Assembly: GCA_027491115.1 (NCBI GenBank)
Contig: JAIXWV010000020.1
Location: forward strand, 229,975-293,974
Source: Pseudomonadota bacterium
Lineage (GTDB): Bacteria; Bdellovibrionota; UBA1018; CAIMNF01
Direction: 5' to 3'
DNA length: 64,000 nucleotides
Each line of letters opens with the position of its first letter. Position 1 is the first letter of the stretch. Below are positions 20,179 to 30,486 of this stretch, piece by piece. The notes under the pieces were generated by a model. That model was not told the origin of the DNA. It saw only the letters and a list, made by a program, of their open reading frames with translations, and searched no databases. The position numbers and the translations under genes are program-made.

Positions 20179-21134
20179 AGGATCTGATCCAAGGCGACGG
20201 CGAAGGATCCGATCTTGAGTTTCGTTTCGATCCGAAGCACCAGTCGTCTTTCATCATCGGAAAGCCAGATCTTGTTCTCGCGGTTACGTAGCTCGCCTTT
20301 GTGATGGTTCTCTACCTGATAAACCACCGCTTCCCGCTCTTTGCCCCCGGCATAAATCTTCTCTTTACCGGCATAGCGCAAAACCGACTCCCAGGGTTTC
20401 CCGTCCAGAATCACCGGATAACGAAATTCGGGACCCGCCTCACGCGGCAGATCGACCGTGCGGAGGAAATAGATGGCAGAGAGCGGATCCTGTGACCAAG
20501 GTCGGATTGAATAGGACTCCTTCTGTTCTATGAATCCCTTCTCGGAATGCTGGATCCGGTTCCAGAAGAAACTCATGTTCTTGTCATAATCGTACAGTTC
20601 GATCAATTTTCGAGACTGCTTCGACTCATCCAAATCCATGGTGAAACGGTGAGAAAACATTCCGTCAGCATCAAAGTAACTGAAGACATTGTCATCTACG
20701 CGGTAAACCAGGTCGAACACTGGGACGGTCTTGATCTTTGAGCGAATAGGAATGACTTTGCGCTCGGAAATCGACTTCTCGGGCATGACTTCAAGCTCCA
20801 TGTGAGCCGCTGTCACGCCGACAAACCGGATGTCGTAACGGAGCTTTTCTCCGACCACGAATGGCATAGCCTGAGGACGACGGATCGGAATGACTTTCGC
20901 CTTCGGGGTGGCGTCGACTTTCTTTTTCTTGCTCTTCTTCGGAGCCGGAGTCGGACTCGGAACCGGAGTCGCCGACGGAAGATCCTTGATTTCGAACTTC
21001 TTCGCGATGTCCTCAGACATCTCTTTGCCCAGATCGCCCTCCTCGAACTTGCGGAGGGGACCGGAGGAACATCCGGACAGGATGGACAATGCCAGCACCA
21101 GCTTCAATGCATCACAAACACGGGGTCGGACCAT
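20175..21134 (-). CDS. hypothetical lipoprotein
   Basis: Lipobox LSGCSS, Lys/Pro-rich linker (PVPSPTPAPKKSKKKK), beta-rich C-terminal domain. Confidence 0.45.
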   Translation of the reverse strand: MVRPRVCDALKLVLALSILSGCSSGPLRKFEEGDLGKEMSEDIAKKFEIKDLPSATPVPSPTPAPKKSKKKKVDATPKAKVIPIRRPQAMPFVVGEKLRYDIRFVGVTAAHMELEVMPEKSISERKVIPIRSKIKTVPVFDLVYRVDDNVFSYFDADGMFSHRFTMDLDESKQSRKLIELYDYDKNMSFFWNRIQHSEKGFIEQKESYSIRPWSQDPLSAIYFLRTVDLPREAGPEFRYPVILDGKPWESVLRYAGKEKIYAGGKEREAVVYQVENHHKGELRNRENKIWLSDDERRLVLRIETKLKIGSFAVALDQIL

Positions 21135-21161
21135 GCCGATAATTTTAATGCTTACGACAAC

Positions 21162-23258
21162 TTATTGCAAACCATCCAAACGATCCTCCACCGCATGGAG
21201 AACAGATGGATCAAGCATCCTGCGTCGAAGCACCCAAAGCCCATCAAAGCCCTTCGTCGGAAGTTTGACACGATCCTTCGGAGTCACCGCAAGAAGGGCT
21301 CCCTGCGACTCAGCCTCGATCATGCGTTGCCTGACCCACTCTGGGTCGAGCTCCGCGTGATCGGGCAGCGAAAACAAGCGATCCACACGAGCCCCGGCCT
21401 GCTGATAGAATCGCCTCACTTCTTCGGGATCACCGACTCCACACAAGATCCAGAGCGGCTTGCCAGGAAGTGGCGCACTCACCCAATCGATCGGGACCGC
21501 CTTTCCGAAACGCGACGTCGCACGTCCCTTCGCCTGAAATAGAAAATCCGCATGACGGGCCTGCGAGTCGAAGTCTCGGTACAACACCCGATCCCGATCC
21601 AGATCCGTCACCAAGAGTACCGTGACCTTCGGCTCGAAACCGAGATTCTGGAACCCGTCGTCGAGAATGAGGACTTGAGCCCCAGCTCGCTTCAGCTCAT
21701 GCGCAGCCCTTACCCGATTGGAATCCACTCCGAGTAAGACCCCGGGCAATTCGTCGAGCATCTCTCGGGCTTCATCTCCGATAAGTGTGGCCGTATCCGA
21801 GGATGACGCCAGATGAAACCTTCCGGAAACACTTCCACCATATCCCCGAGTGATGATCCCCACCCGCTTGCCTCGATCCATCAAGCCTCGGGCGAGCTCA
21901 ATCACAACAGGGGTTTTTCCGGTGCCGCCCGCCTGAAGATTGCCCACGAGGACCGCCGGCAAGGGTAAGGATTCGATTTTTCCGACTCCGTGTCGAACAG
22001 CAAATCTTCGCATGCCGTTCACCACAGACCACAACCACGAGAGTGCCGCGATTCCGAGCTTACGGGGAGGCAGACGTAAGGGCACAGGTCTCTTTTCGAT
22101 CCATCCACTGATTCGCGCTGCGACCGCGGCAGGAACATCCCGGAAGGGGACGAGGCTTTCTTTCAGGGATGCCCCCTGATTTTGCAATTCGCGGAGACGG
22201 GACTGATCCTCGATCAAACGGAACAACCCAACAGCAAGGGCCTGCGGAGTGGCATCGACTCCGAGCCATTCCTGAAAGGGAGCGTCGATCTTCCGCTTCG
22301 CGCCGAGCAAGATGTTCGGAAGTCCGACCGGGCCTGAATAACGCACGATAAAATTAAAAATGAACTCAGACAGCGGACTCACCTTGTAGAAAATGACCGG
22401 CACACAACCCAGCACCGCTGCCTCGAGGGTCGAAGTCCCAGACTTGATCAACCCCAGGGAGTTCCGTGCCAGCACCTCGTGAGATCCATCCTTGAAAAAG
22501 GAATACTCCACCCGGTCCGTACTGGCCAGTTCCCGGCGGATCAAGGCCTCGCCCACTCCACTTGGAACGGGAACCTCGGCGTGGACCCGCTTTCCACTCA
22601 GTCCCGACAATTCTTGCAGGGCCTTTGGAATCACCTTCAGGTGTTGCTTGAGCTCTGCTTCCCGGCTTCCGGGCATCACCGCGATTCGGACATCTGAATC
22701 GGTGAGCCAAGGGGTCTTCAACGGATCCCCTTCGCGGAACAAATCGGCGACTAGCGGATTCCCCTCGTAAATGACGGGAATCCCCCGGGACTCGTAAAAA
22801 TCGCGTTCAAAGGGCAGGATCGTCCACACCCCGTCGTAAAGAGCCCGGATCCGCTCGACCCGGTGTTGGCGCCAGACCCAGACTTTCGGCGGGATCCCAC
22901 AAATCTTCAGCGTGCCTGAAAGCTCGGGCATTCCGGCAACCGCCTCCATGAGCGAAAGGTGGAATTCGGGATAATCAAACGTGAGGATCACATCGGGTGG
23001 GTTTCGCTTCAACTCCGACAACACCCGGTCTCGGATCCGACGTAGCTCACGCAATTTGAATAGGACTTCTGTGAATCCCATCGCCCGGAGGTTTTCTGCC
23101 TCCTCCCAAGCGGTGAAGCCCGGAATCGATCGGAGAGAAGGACCTCCGATGCCGAACACCTCGATGCCACCCTGAGGGTGGTGATCAAGCAGGGCCCGGA
23201 CGATTTTGGCCGCATGAAGATCGGACGAGATCTCGGCCGCGGAGACGAAAATCCTCAT
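21162..23258 (-). CDS. lpxB: fused lipid-A-disaccharide synthase (LpxB) / tetraacyldisaccharide 4'-kinase (LpxK)
   Basis: N-terminal about 380 aa match LpxB (MRIFVSAAEISSDLHAAKIV...). C-terminal about 320 aa carry the LpxK P-loop region LVGNLQAGGTGKTPVVIELA...GIITRGYGG. One uninterrupted 698-aa ORF. Confidence 0.8.
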   Translation of the reverse strand: MRIFVSAAEISSDLHAAKIVRALLDHHPQGGIEVFGIGGPSLRSIPGFTAWEEAENLRAMGFTEVLFKLRELRRIRDRVLSELKRNPPDVILTFDYPEFHLSLMEAVAGMPELSGTLKICGIPPKVWVWRQHRVERIRALYDGVWTILPFERDFYESRGIPVIYEGNPLVADLFREGDPLKTPWLTDSDVRIAVMPGSREAELKQHLKVIPKALQELSGLSGKRVHAEVPVPSGVGEALIRRELASTDRVEYSFFKDGSHEVLARNSLGLIKSGTSTLEAAVLGCVPVIFYKVSPLSEFIFNFIVRYSGPVGLPNILLGAKRKIDAPFQEWLGVDATPQALAVGLFRLIEDQSRLRELQNQGASLKESLVPFRDVPAAVAARISGWIEKRPVPLRLPPRKLGIAALSWLWSVVNGMRRFAVRHGVGKIESLPLPAVLVGNLQAGGTGKTPVVIELARGLMDRGKRVGIITRGYGGSVSGRFHLASSSDTATLIGDEAREMLDELPGVLLGVDSNRVRAAHELKRAGAQVLILDDGFQNLGFEPKVTVLLVTDLDRDRVLYRDFDSQARHADFLFQAKGRATSRFGKAVPIDWVSAPLPGKPLWILCGVGDPEEVRRFYQQAGARVDRLFSLPDHAELDPEWVRQRMIEAESQGALLAVTPKDRVKLPTKGFDGLWVLRRRMLDPSVLHAVEDRLDGLQ

Positions 23259-24046
23259 TTGATGCAGCCGTTGCCACTTCCACGGATGAATTGGAGGAGA
23301 CGCTTCACTTCTTCGATCTCACCGTACTGGCTCTCGATCTCGAGCAGACACTGTTCCTTCATCACATCCGGACGCTTCCAGAGCTTGAGCGAATCGTTGA
23401 TGGCTGAAATGACATCATTCTTGAACCCTTTACGACGGAGCCCGATGATGTTCGCCCCCTTCACTTCTGCAGGTCGTGACCCGACCACGACGGCAAAAGG
23501 TGGCACATCACGGTCCATGATCGAACACCCGCCGATGTAAGAGTAAGCACCCACTCGGATGAACTGGATCACGCCCGTCATGCCACCGATGTTGGCATAA
23601 TCTTCGACCACCACATGCCCGGCGAGATTGACCGAGTTGGCGATGATGCAATGATTTCCGACAATGGTGTCGTGACCGAAGTGGACATAAGCCATCAGGA
23701 GATTGTGGTTGCCGAGGGCGGTCTTGCCACCGCCCTGGACGGTACCGAGATTGAGCGTCACCGACTCGCGGATGGTATTGTCGTCACCGATGATCAGCTC
23801 GGTCGGCTCATTCTTGTACTTGAGATCCTGCGGGACGGCACCGATCGAACCGAACGGAAAGAACACATTGTTCTTGCCGATCCGGGTGTGCCCGTCGACA
23901 TAGACGTGATTCATGAAGCGGGTTCCGGAGTCCACTTTGACATGGGGACCGATCACGCAATAAGGACCGACTTCGACATCGGGAGCGAGCTCGGCTCCCG
24001 GGTGGATGATCGCGGTCGGATGGATGCGGGTCTTCGAATCAGCCAT
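23255..24046 (-). CDS. lpxA: acyl-ACP--UDP-N-acetylglucosamine O-acyltransferase
   Basis: MADSKTRIHPTAIIHPGAELAPDVEVGPYCVIG hexapeptide-repeat LpxA N-terminus; 263 aa. Confidence 0.9.
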   Translation of the reverse strand: MADSKTRIHPTAIIHPGAELAPDVEVGPYCVIGPHVKVDSGTRFMNHVYVDGHTRIGKNNVFFPFGSIGAVPQDLKYKNEPTELIIGDDNTIRESVTLNLGTVQGGGKTALGNHNLLMAYVHFGHDTIVGNHCIIANSVNLAGHVVVEDYANIGGMTGVIQFIRVGAYSYIGGCSIMDRDVPPFAVVVGSRPAEVKGANIIGLRRKGFKNDVISAINDSLKLWKRPDVMKEQCLLEIESQYGEIEEVKRLLQFIRGSGNGCIK

Positions 24047-24047
24047 G

Positions 24048-24572
24048 TTATTTCCCCTGGTTCATTCCGGCCATCACCAAATTGGCCATGATTCTCGCTT
24101 CGGCGACAAGCTTGCCGTCAACGGTGGCCTTGCACTCGAAAGTCCAGAGGGTCGAACGACAGGACACGACTTCGGTTTCGACACGAAGGCTGTCACCCGG
24201 AGTGACCGGGACCCTGAATCGGGCCTCGTCGACCCCGACCAGGAAACACTGGAAGCCGTGATTCGGATCCTGCGCAAGATGTCTCATGCTCGGGTACATC
24301 GAAAAGCTGGCGACCTGGGCCATGGTCTCGACCATCAACACGCCGGGCATGATGGGCAAGGTCGGAAAATGACCGGCAAAATGAGGCTCTGTAGCGGTCA
24401 CTTGCTTGATCCCGATCACGCGGATTCCGACCTTGTTCTTCGAGCCCTCTTGCTGCATCCCTTCAGGTCCTTGAATGTCTAGGATCCGGTCCACCATCAA
24501 AAAAGGATGACGATGGGGTAAAAAAGCGAGGATGTCCTTCTGGACCAATGGGAATTCCAAGTTCGAATTCAT
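24048..24572 (-). CDS. fabZ: 3-hydroxyacyl-ACP dehydratase FabZ
   Basis: LPHRHPFLMVDRIL motif, hot-dog fold length (174 aa), position between lpxD and lpxA. Confidence 0.9.
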   Translation of the reverse strand: MNSNLEFPLVQKDILAFLPHRHPFLMVDRILDIQGPEGMQQEGSKNKVGIRVIGIKQVTATEPHFAGHFPTLPIMPGVLMVETMAQVASFSMYPSMRHLAQDPNHGFQCFLVGVDEARFRVPVTPGDSLRVETEVVSCRSTLWTFECKATVDGKLVAEARIMANLVMAGMNQGK

Positions 24573-25654
24573 CTCTTCTTCCTTTCACGGAGAAGCTTCT
24601 GTTGGAGCGCAAGCAAGCGGTAATGTTCCTTCATCGGACGAGCCGGATAACCTGCCATCTCGGAATGGGCCTCGACATCCTTCGTGGGCGCGGAATACGA
24701 GGCGATCATGGAATAATCACCGACCTGAACCTTGGTGGCCAATCCGGCCTGTGGCCCGAGGATGGCAAAACGCCCCAGAGACGATCCTCCAGCCATTCCA
24801 GCACACCCACAGACAATCGCACCCTCTCCGATACGACAGTTGTGACCGACCTGGACCTGATTGTCGATCTTCGCACCCTTGCCGATCACGGTGTCCCCGA
24901 AAGTGCCACGATCAATGGTTGTTCCAGCCCCGATCTCGACTTCGTCCTCGATGAGGACTCCGCCCAAGTGGTAGATCTTCACCTGCCGCTCGGGGAGCTT
25001 GGTTTCAGAATTTTTCTGGGGTGCGTAGCCAAAGCCATCCGAGCCGACAGTCGAGTTGGCGTGGATCCGGCAGGATTTCCCGATCCGGGTTCCCTCGTAA
25101 ACCGCCACATGCGGAAACAAAACTGAATCGGCACCAATTCGGACTTTCCGTCCGACATAAACCTGAGGATACAACACCACGCCGTCACCGATCACGGCTC
25201 CAGCCTCAATCACCACTCCGGCACCGATCTGCACCAAGGACCCGAGCTTAGCAGAGGGATCGATCACGGCGGATGGGTGGATCTCGGATGCAGAAGCCCG
25301 CTCTTGGTGATCGTGTGCCGAAAAGAGCTTGGATACTTCAGCTGTTGCTCTTGCCATGGCGAGGTAGGGATCTCTTGCCGCGAGGATCACGGCGTTCTTC
25401 CAAACAGGCAGTCCGGATGCCTTCAGGGGTTCCACAAAGGCCTCACCGGTCAGGATCAAGCCAGCCTGAGTCACTTTGAGATCATCTTCGTAAAGTTTTG
25501 AAAAAAAGAAGGCTGCATCCTGAGGACCGGCGTCCTCGAGGGTGGCCAGACGGGCAAGGTCCATAGAGTGAAAAAGCGCGGCGGGTCCGGCCTCGTCACC
25601 ATTCACCCACCGCGCTTCACACCAGTTCGAAAATTGTGCCGGGGTAAACATCAC
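24569..25654 (-). CDS. lpxD: UDP-3-O-(3-hydroxyacyl)glucosamine N-acyltransferase
   Basis: Left-handed beta-helix hexapeptide repeats; conserved position upstream of fabZ. Confidence 0.85.
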   Translation of the reverse strand: MMFTPAQFSNWCEARWVNGDEAGPAALFHSMDLARLATLEDAGPQDAAFFFSKLYEDDLKVTQAGLILTGEAFVEPLKASGLPVWKNAVILAARDPYLAMARATAEVSKLFSAHDHQERASASEIHPSAVIDPSAKLGSLVQIGAGVVIEAGAVIGDGVVLYPQVYVGRKVRIGADSVLFPHVAVYEGTRIGKSCRIHANSTVGSDGFGYAPQKNSETKLPERQVKIYHLGGVLIEDEVEIGAGTTIDRGTFGDTVIGKGAKIDNQVQVGHNCRIGEGAIVCGCAGMAGGSSLGRFAILGPQAGLATKVQVGDYSMIASYSAPTKDVEAHSEMAGYPARPMKEHYRLLALQQKLLRERKKR

Positions 25655-25671
25655 CGCCGTCCCTCGGGCGC

Positions 25672-26181
25672 TCAGTCGAGAGCTTTGAGGACATCTTCAG
25701 TGATGTCGGTCTTGCCGTCGCTGTAGATCACGATGTTATCATTCTTCTCGAGTACGAGCCCGAAGCTCCGCTTGCGAGCAATCTCTGCGACTTTCTCACG
25801 GATCTTGCGGATGATCGGCTCGCTCATTTCCTGTTCTTTTTTCTGGATGTCGGCCTGGGACTTCTGCACCAACTCCTGGTACTTCATCACTTTTTCCTGG
25901 AACTTGGCTTGCTGTTCTTTTTTGGCCGCGTCAGAGAGGGCGGCCGCCTTTTTCATGATCTCTTCCTGCTGCTTCTTGAGAGAAGCCTCTTGGTCCTGGA
26001 GTTCCTTTTTCTTCTTGTTAAATGTTCCTTCGAGCTCGGCACGAGCACGCTTGCCGGCACTGGAGGTCTGGATGCACTTCTGCATGTCGACGACTCCGAC
26101 CAACTGGCCATCCGCACTGGCGATACCGGCATTCAGGATGAGACTACACAGGATGAAGATGTAAGTTGCGAGTTTGTTCAT
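25672..26181 (-). CDS. skp: periplasmic chaperone Skp/OmpH
   Basis: Signal peptide, 169 aa, Lys/Glu/Gln-rich coiled-coil; located between bamA and lpxD. Confidence 0.75.
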   Translation of the reverse strand: MNKLATYIFILCSLILNAGIASADGQLVGVVDMQKCIQTSSAGKRARAELEGTFNKKKKELQDQEASLKKQQEEIMKKAAALSDAAKKEQQAKFQEKVMKYQELVQKSQADIQKKEQEMSEPIIRKIREKVAEIARKRSFGLVLEKNDNIVIYSDGKTDITEDVLKALD

Positions 26182-26195
26182 GACACCACCTTAAC

Positions 26196-28550
26196 CTAAA
26201 ACGGCTGTCCGATAAAGAAAATGAATGAGGGACTTGCCTCAACCTGACCGGTAGTCCGGATGAGACCCGGATTGACCGGGAAGCCCCATTCGAAGCGCAA
26301 GGGTCCGAGCGGAGAGAACCAACGGATTCCGAAGCCGTAGTTCTGCCTGAGCCGATAGGGGTTTTCCGGGTCTTCCGCATCGATTCCCGGGAATCCAGCG
26401 AAAGAGTTCCCCACATCGTAGAAGAGGACCCACTTGATCCCTGCCTCGCGAATGAGTGGGTGCTCAAGCTCAAAGAGGGAGTACACCTGTGAAACGCCGC
26501 CGAGCTTTTCGTAACTGGCGCCGAGTACCGGATCCATGTAGGTCCGTACCGGAGACAGCGAGAATACGTCGAAGCCCCTCATGTTCCAGGGGCCACCCAG
26601 GAAGAATTTCTCGGAAGGCGGGATACCCCGTCCTCCGGTGTTGAAGAGGGCTCCCACCTCGGTGCTGTTCTTGAAAACGAAGTTCCCGATGATGTTGTTG
26701 TAGTATCGGTTGTTGGCCGTGAACTTGGCGAAGTTCTTCACCCCACCGAGCCCGGCCAGCTCCAGCGCCACATTCTGGTAGTTCCCACCGGTGGTCTCGA
26801 AACGGTTATTGCGCTTGTCGCGAATCACACTGACCACCACGCTCGACAGGATCCCCTTGTCGAGCGAATCGTCCGCACGAAGAGGCGGAAGCCCGAGCGA
26901 AGGATTCGCGGCCAGGAGCGCGTTCCGGTCTTCCGCATAGTTCGCAAGCACCCGGAGGTGTTCGAACTTGTAGGTCACAAAGCCCTGTACATCGTCTGTA
27001 ATCGGATAACCCGCCCGAAGATTGAACCCGGAACGACGGATGAGGTAACGGTCGGGAATCGGGGAGTTCGCCATGAAGAGGTCGAAACCCGCACTCCACT
27101 TGGTATCGAAGGCGTACGGATCCAGGAACGAAAGCGAGAAGCTTCTGACCAGATCCTGCCGACCCCACTGGGTCTCGAAGCTCAGGTTCTGTCCGCGACC
27201 GAGGAGGTTGATCTCCTGGATCCGCCCCTGGAAAAAGAACCCTTGAACCGAGCTGTAGCCGGCTCCGAGCGTCACTGATCCGGTCGAACGCTCCTTGACG
27301 ACAATCTCGATGTCCACCACGTCATCTCGACCCTTGCGGGGAATTTGATTGAACTGGATCTCTCCGGGAGCGAAGAATCCGAGACGCTCTACACGCTCTT
27401 TCGAGACTCGGAGCATCGAGCCACTGTAGAGCTCGCCTTCGTAAATGCGAAGCTCGCGACGGATCACCCGGTCGTAGGTCTTGGTGTTGCCAACCACCCG
27501 GATCTCACCAAACCGAACCAGCGAGCCTTTTTCAAAGGAGTAATCCAGGCTCACCGTCTTGAGCTCATCGTTGAAATCCATCTTCGGGATCACGTTCACG
27601 AAGGCGTAACCCAGGTCCTGGTATTTCTCGGTGAGGCGCTGGATATCCGCGTTCCGGCCCGAAATCGAAAAAACCTGTCCGTCGCCCATCTGGATTTCCT
27701 TGCGAAGCTCATCTCTCGGGAAAAGCAGATCTCCACTGAAATCGAACGATCCGATCGAGTAACGATCGCCTTCTTCGACATAAATCGAAATGAACACGTA
27801 TCGTTTGTCTTCACTGATAGTCGTGACCGGGGACTCGTGACGAAACTTCAGGTACCCGTTTTCGAGGTACCAATACGTCAGTCGCTGGAGGTCCATCTTG
27901 AATGATGCCTCGCGGAAAGTACCGGAGTTCGAGAAAAACCCCATCGAGCTGCCTTCCTTGGTTTCGCCGAACACTCCCTTCAGTTTCTCGTCGGTGTAGT
28001 GCCGGTTATTCAGGAACACGATGCGTTTGATCTCAACCTTGTCGTAGTCCGAAACCTTGTAGACGAGCTTCACTTCCCCGGTCTTGTCAGGACGGAGCTC
28101 GTGAGAAACTTTCGCAAGGTAGTAACCCTTCTCTTCGTACTGTTTCTGGATGATCTCAATGTCCGCTTGGACCTTGTTCACATCGAGGATGGACCACTTC
28201 TTGACCTTGATCGCCTCCTGGAGATCGGAGGTCGAGATCTTCTCGTTCCCCTCGAACAGGATCTCATTGATCAGCGGACGCTCTTCGAAAGCGAAGGTGA
28301 GCACCACGCCGTTCGGAGCCGGGTCCTTTGAGATCACGATGTCATCGAAATACCCCATGCCATACAAGGACTCGATGTCGGTCCGGATGCGGTCGGCATC
28401 GTACTCGGTACCCGGGCGGGAGAGGATCTTTTCGAGGATCGCGGCCCGTTCAATCCGCTTCAAACCCGTGGTCTTGACTTCAGCGATGGGAGCGGCAAAG
28501 GCCCCATGAATCCAAAAGCTTGATGCGAGGAGAAAAGTCAAAAATCTCAC
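26196..28550 (-). CDS. bamA: outer membrane protein assembly factor BamA
   Basis: 784 aa with a signal peptide, POTRA repeats and a C-terminal beta-barrel ending in ...GQPF. Confidence 0.9.
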   Translation of the reverse strand: MRFLTFLLASSFWIHGAFAAPIAEVKTTGLKRIERAAILEKILSRPGTEYDADRIRTDIESLYGMGYFDDIVISKDPAPNGVVLTFAFEERPLINEILFEGNEKISTSDLQEAIKVKKWSILDVNKVQADIEIIQKQYEEKGYYLAKVSHELRPDKTGEVKLVYKVSDYDKVEIKRIVFLNNRHYTDEKLKGVFGETKEGSSMGFFSNSGTFREASFKMDLQRLTYWYLENGYLKFRHESPVTTISEDKRYVFISIYVEEGDRYSIGSFDFSGDLLFPRDELRKEIQMGDGQVFSISGRNADIQRLTEKYQDLGYAFVNVIPKMDFNDELKTVSLDYSFEKGSLVRFGEIRVVGNTKTYDRVIRRELRIYEGELYSGSMLRVSKERVERLGFFAPGEIQFNQIPRKGRDDVVDIEIVVKERSTGSVTLGAGYSSVQGFFFQGRIQEINLLGRGQNLSFETQWGRQDLVRSFSLSFLDPYAFDTKWSAGFDLFMANSPIPDRYLIRRSGFNLRAGYPITDDVQGFVTYKFEHLRVLANYAEDRNALLAANPSLGLPPLRADDSLDKGILSSVVVSVIRDKRNNRFETTGGNYQNVALELAGLGGVKNFAKFTANNRYYNNIIGNFVFKNSTEVGALFNTGGRGIPPSEKFFLGGPWNMRGFDVFSLSPVRTYMDPVLGASYEKLGGVSQVYSLFELEHPLIREAGIKWVLFYDVGNSFAGFPGIDAEDPENPYRLRQNYGFGIRWFSPLGPLRFEWGFPVNPGLIRTTGQVEASPSFIFFIGQPF

Positions 28551-28565
28551 GTAGATCCGGTCTTA

Positions 28566-29243
28566 TCACGAGTTCGTGATTTTTCCATCTCTCATCGTCA
28601 GGACCCGCTTCATTCGACGGGCCACGTCATGGTCATGAGTGACGATGAGGATGGCGATTCCGAACTCACGATTCAGATCGAGCAGCAGGTCGATCACCTT
28701 GCGGCTGTTTTCGGAATCGAGATTGCCAGTGAGCTCGTCACCGAGAAGCAGCTTCGGACGAAGGATGACAGAACGCGCAATCGCCACACGCTGCTGCTCT
28801 CCCCCGGATAGTTCAGCCGGTTTGTGATCGAGACGCTCGCCCAAACCCACAAACCGGAGCAGCTCGGAGGCCTTTTTTGAGGCCTGATCTCGATCCATGC
28901 CCGAAATGAGCGCAGGCATCATCACGTTCTCGACCGCCGAGAACTCCGGCAAGAGATAATGAAACTGGAACACGAAACCGAGGTTGCGATTCCGGAAGTC
29001 AGAGAGCTCCTCATCGGACATTTTCCAGAGATTCACCGACTTTTCGCCGAAGAAGATCTCGCCCTGCGAGGGACGGTCGAGCGCACCCAGAATCTGGAGC
29101 AAGGTCGACTTCCCGGCGCCGGAGGCTCCCATGATCGCCAGACAGTCACGTTCGTGGATGTCGAGCGATACGCCCTTCACCACCTGGATGCGCTCACGCT
29201 CCTTCACGAACTCCTTGAAAACGCTTCTGGCTCTCAGAATCAC
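28566..29243 (-). CDS. lolD: lipoprotein-releasing system ATP-binding protein LolD
   Basis: Walker A GASGAGKST, signature LSGGEQQRVAIAR, Walker B LLLGDE. Start placed at the GTG that overlaps the lolC/E stop (GTGA). Confidence 0.75.
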   Translation of the reverse strand: MILRARSVFKEFVKERERIQVVKGVSLDIHERDCLAIMGASGAGKSTLLQILGALDRPSQGEIFFGEKSVNLWKMSDEELSDFRNRNLGFVFQFHYLLPEFSAVENVMMPALISGMDRDQASKKASELLRFVGLGERLDHKPAELSGGEQQRVAIARSVILRPKLLLGDELTGNLDSENSRKVIDLLLDLNREFGIAILIVTHDHDVARRMKRVLTMRDGKITNS

Positions 29244-30484
29244 ATGGTCCACTTGAGTCCCTCGACCGGATTGCGCCTGGCGATCCGGGCGGCAGGGCCG
29301 ACCGTGGCCAGAAAGCAGATCACAAACGCCATTAGACCAATCGCACACCACTCTGTCCAGCGCACAACCACAGGCAGGTACTCGAGGTGATAGACCTCAG
29401 CAGGCAGGCGAATGAAGCGGTAGTGCCGGAGCACCCAGACGGCCACGAGCCCCACCACGACCCCGAGCAAGGTCCCGATGAGCCCGAAGAACGAGCCGAT
29501 AAATGAAAAAAGATGGAACTGGTCGCGACGCCGCACCCCCAGAACCCGGAGGATGGCGATCTCTTTTTCTTTCTCGTGGACCATCATCAGCAACGCACTG
29601 ATCACATTGAAGGCCGCCACGACCATGATCGCGGTCAGCAGCACGCTGATCACGACTTTTTCAAGCGCGATGGCATAGAGGAGGTTCTTGTTGAGCTGAC
29701 TCCAATCGCGCACCCGGTAAGGGAAACCGAAGTGCTTCGAGAGTTCGGCCGCCACCTCGCGTGCCCGATCGGGGTTCTTGAGCTTGATGCGAAAAGAAGT
29801 GATGTGGTCGCGCGACTCGTTGAAAACCAATTGCTGGACGGACTTGAGCGGCGCGTAGGCATATTTGGAGTCGTAATCGTACATACCGAGATGCACGATG
29901 CCAGTGACCTTGAAGTCTTGGACGCGCGGAGACCCGAAGCCTTGATCCTCGTCGTCGCTGAGACCGGCAAACGGAATGATCACCCGGACGGTGTCACCGA
30001 CCGCGGTACCGAGCTTCTCTGCCAGAGCGGATCCGAGCAGGATTTCGCCCTCGTTCTCGGGAAGGGCCCCACCCGGAGCCAGGCGTTCACCCACGGAGAT
30101 CACCTGTAACCACGTTGCGGGATCGACCCCTTCGAGCGCACCCCCGGCCACCCCGTTCGGCCCCCCGAACATGACCTCACTGACAAACGAGCCGGTGATG
30201 TCCTTGATCCCGGGCGCGAATTGCCAGATCTTCCGTTCCAGGTCCTGCCGATCGCGGATCGGCGCCCCTCGGGTGTAAAAGAGCACATCGCCCTGGGTCC
30301 CGGAAATCACACGAGAAAGCTCGTTCTCAAATCCGTTCACCACACTCGTGACGACGAGCAAGGCCACCACCCCCACACAGACTCCTGCGATCGAGATGGC
30401 GGTGACAAAAGAAAGGAATCCGCCTCGGGTCTTCGAGCGGAGGAACCGGAGAGCGATCTCGATGGACAGGCCCAGCCGGCTCAC
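29240..30484 (-). CDS. lolC: lipoprotein-releasing system permease LolC/LolE (FtsX-like)
   Basis: LSIEIALRFLRSKTRGGFLSFV N-terminus, large periplasmic domain, C-terminal FtsX 3-TM bundle. Start probably the GTG just after the trxB stop. Confidence 0.7.
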   Translation of the reverse strand: MSRLGLSIEIALRFLRSKTRGGFLSFVTAISIAGVCVGVVALLVVTSVVNGFENELSRVISGTQGDVLFYTRGAPIRDRQDLERKIWQFAPGIKDITGSFVSEVMFGGPNGVAGGALEGVDPATWLQVISVGERLAPGGALPENEGEILLGSALAEKLGTAVGDTVRVIIPFAGLSDDEDQGFGSPRVQDFKVTGIVHLGMYDYDSKYAYAPLKSVQQLVFNESRDHITSFRIKLKNPDRAREVAAELSKHFGFPYRVRDWSQLNKNLLYAIALEKVVISVLLTAIMVVAAFNVISALLMMVHEKEKEIAILRVLGVRRRDQFHLFSFIGSFFGLIGTLLGVVVGLVAVWVLRHYRFIRLPAEVYHLEYLPVVVRWTEWCAIGLMAFVICFLATVGPAARIARRNPVEGLKWTM

Positions 30485-30486
30485 AC

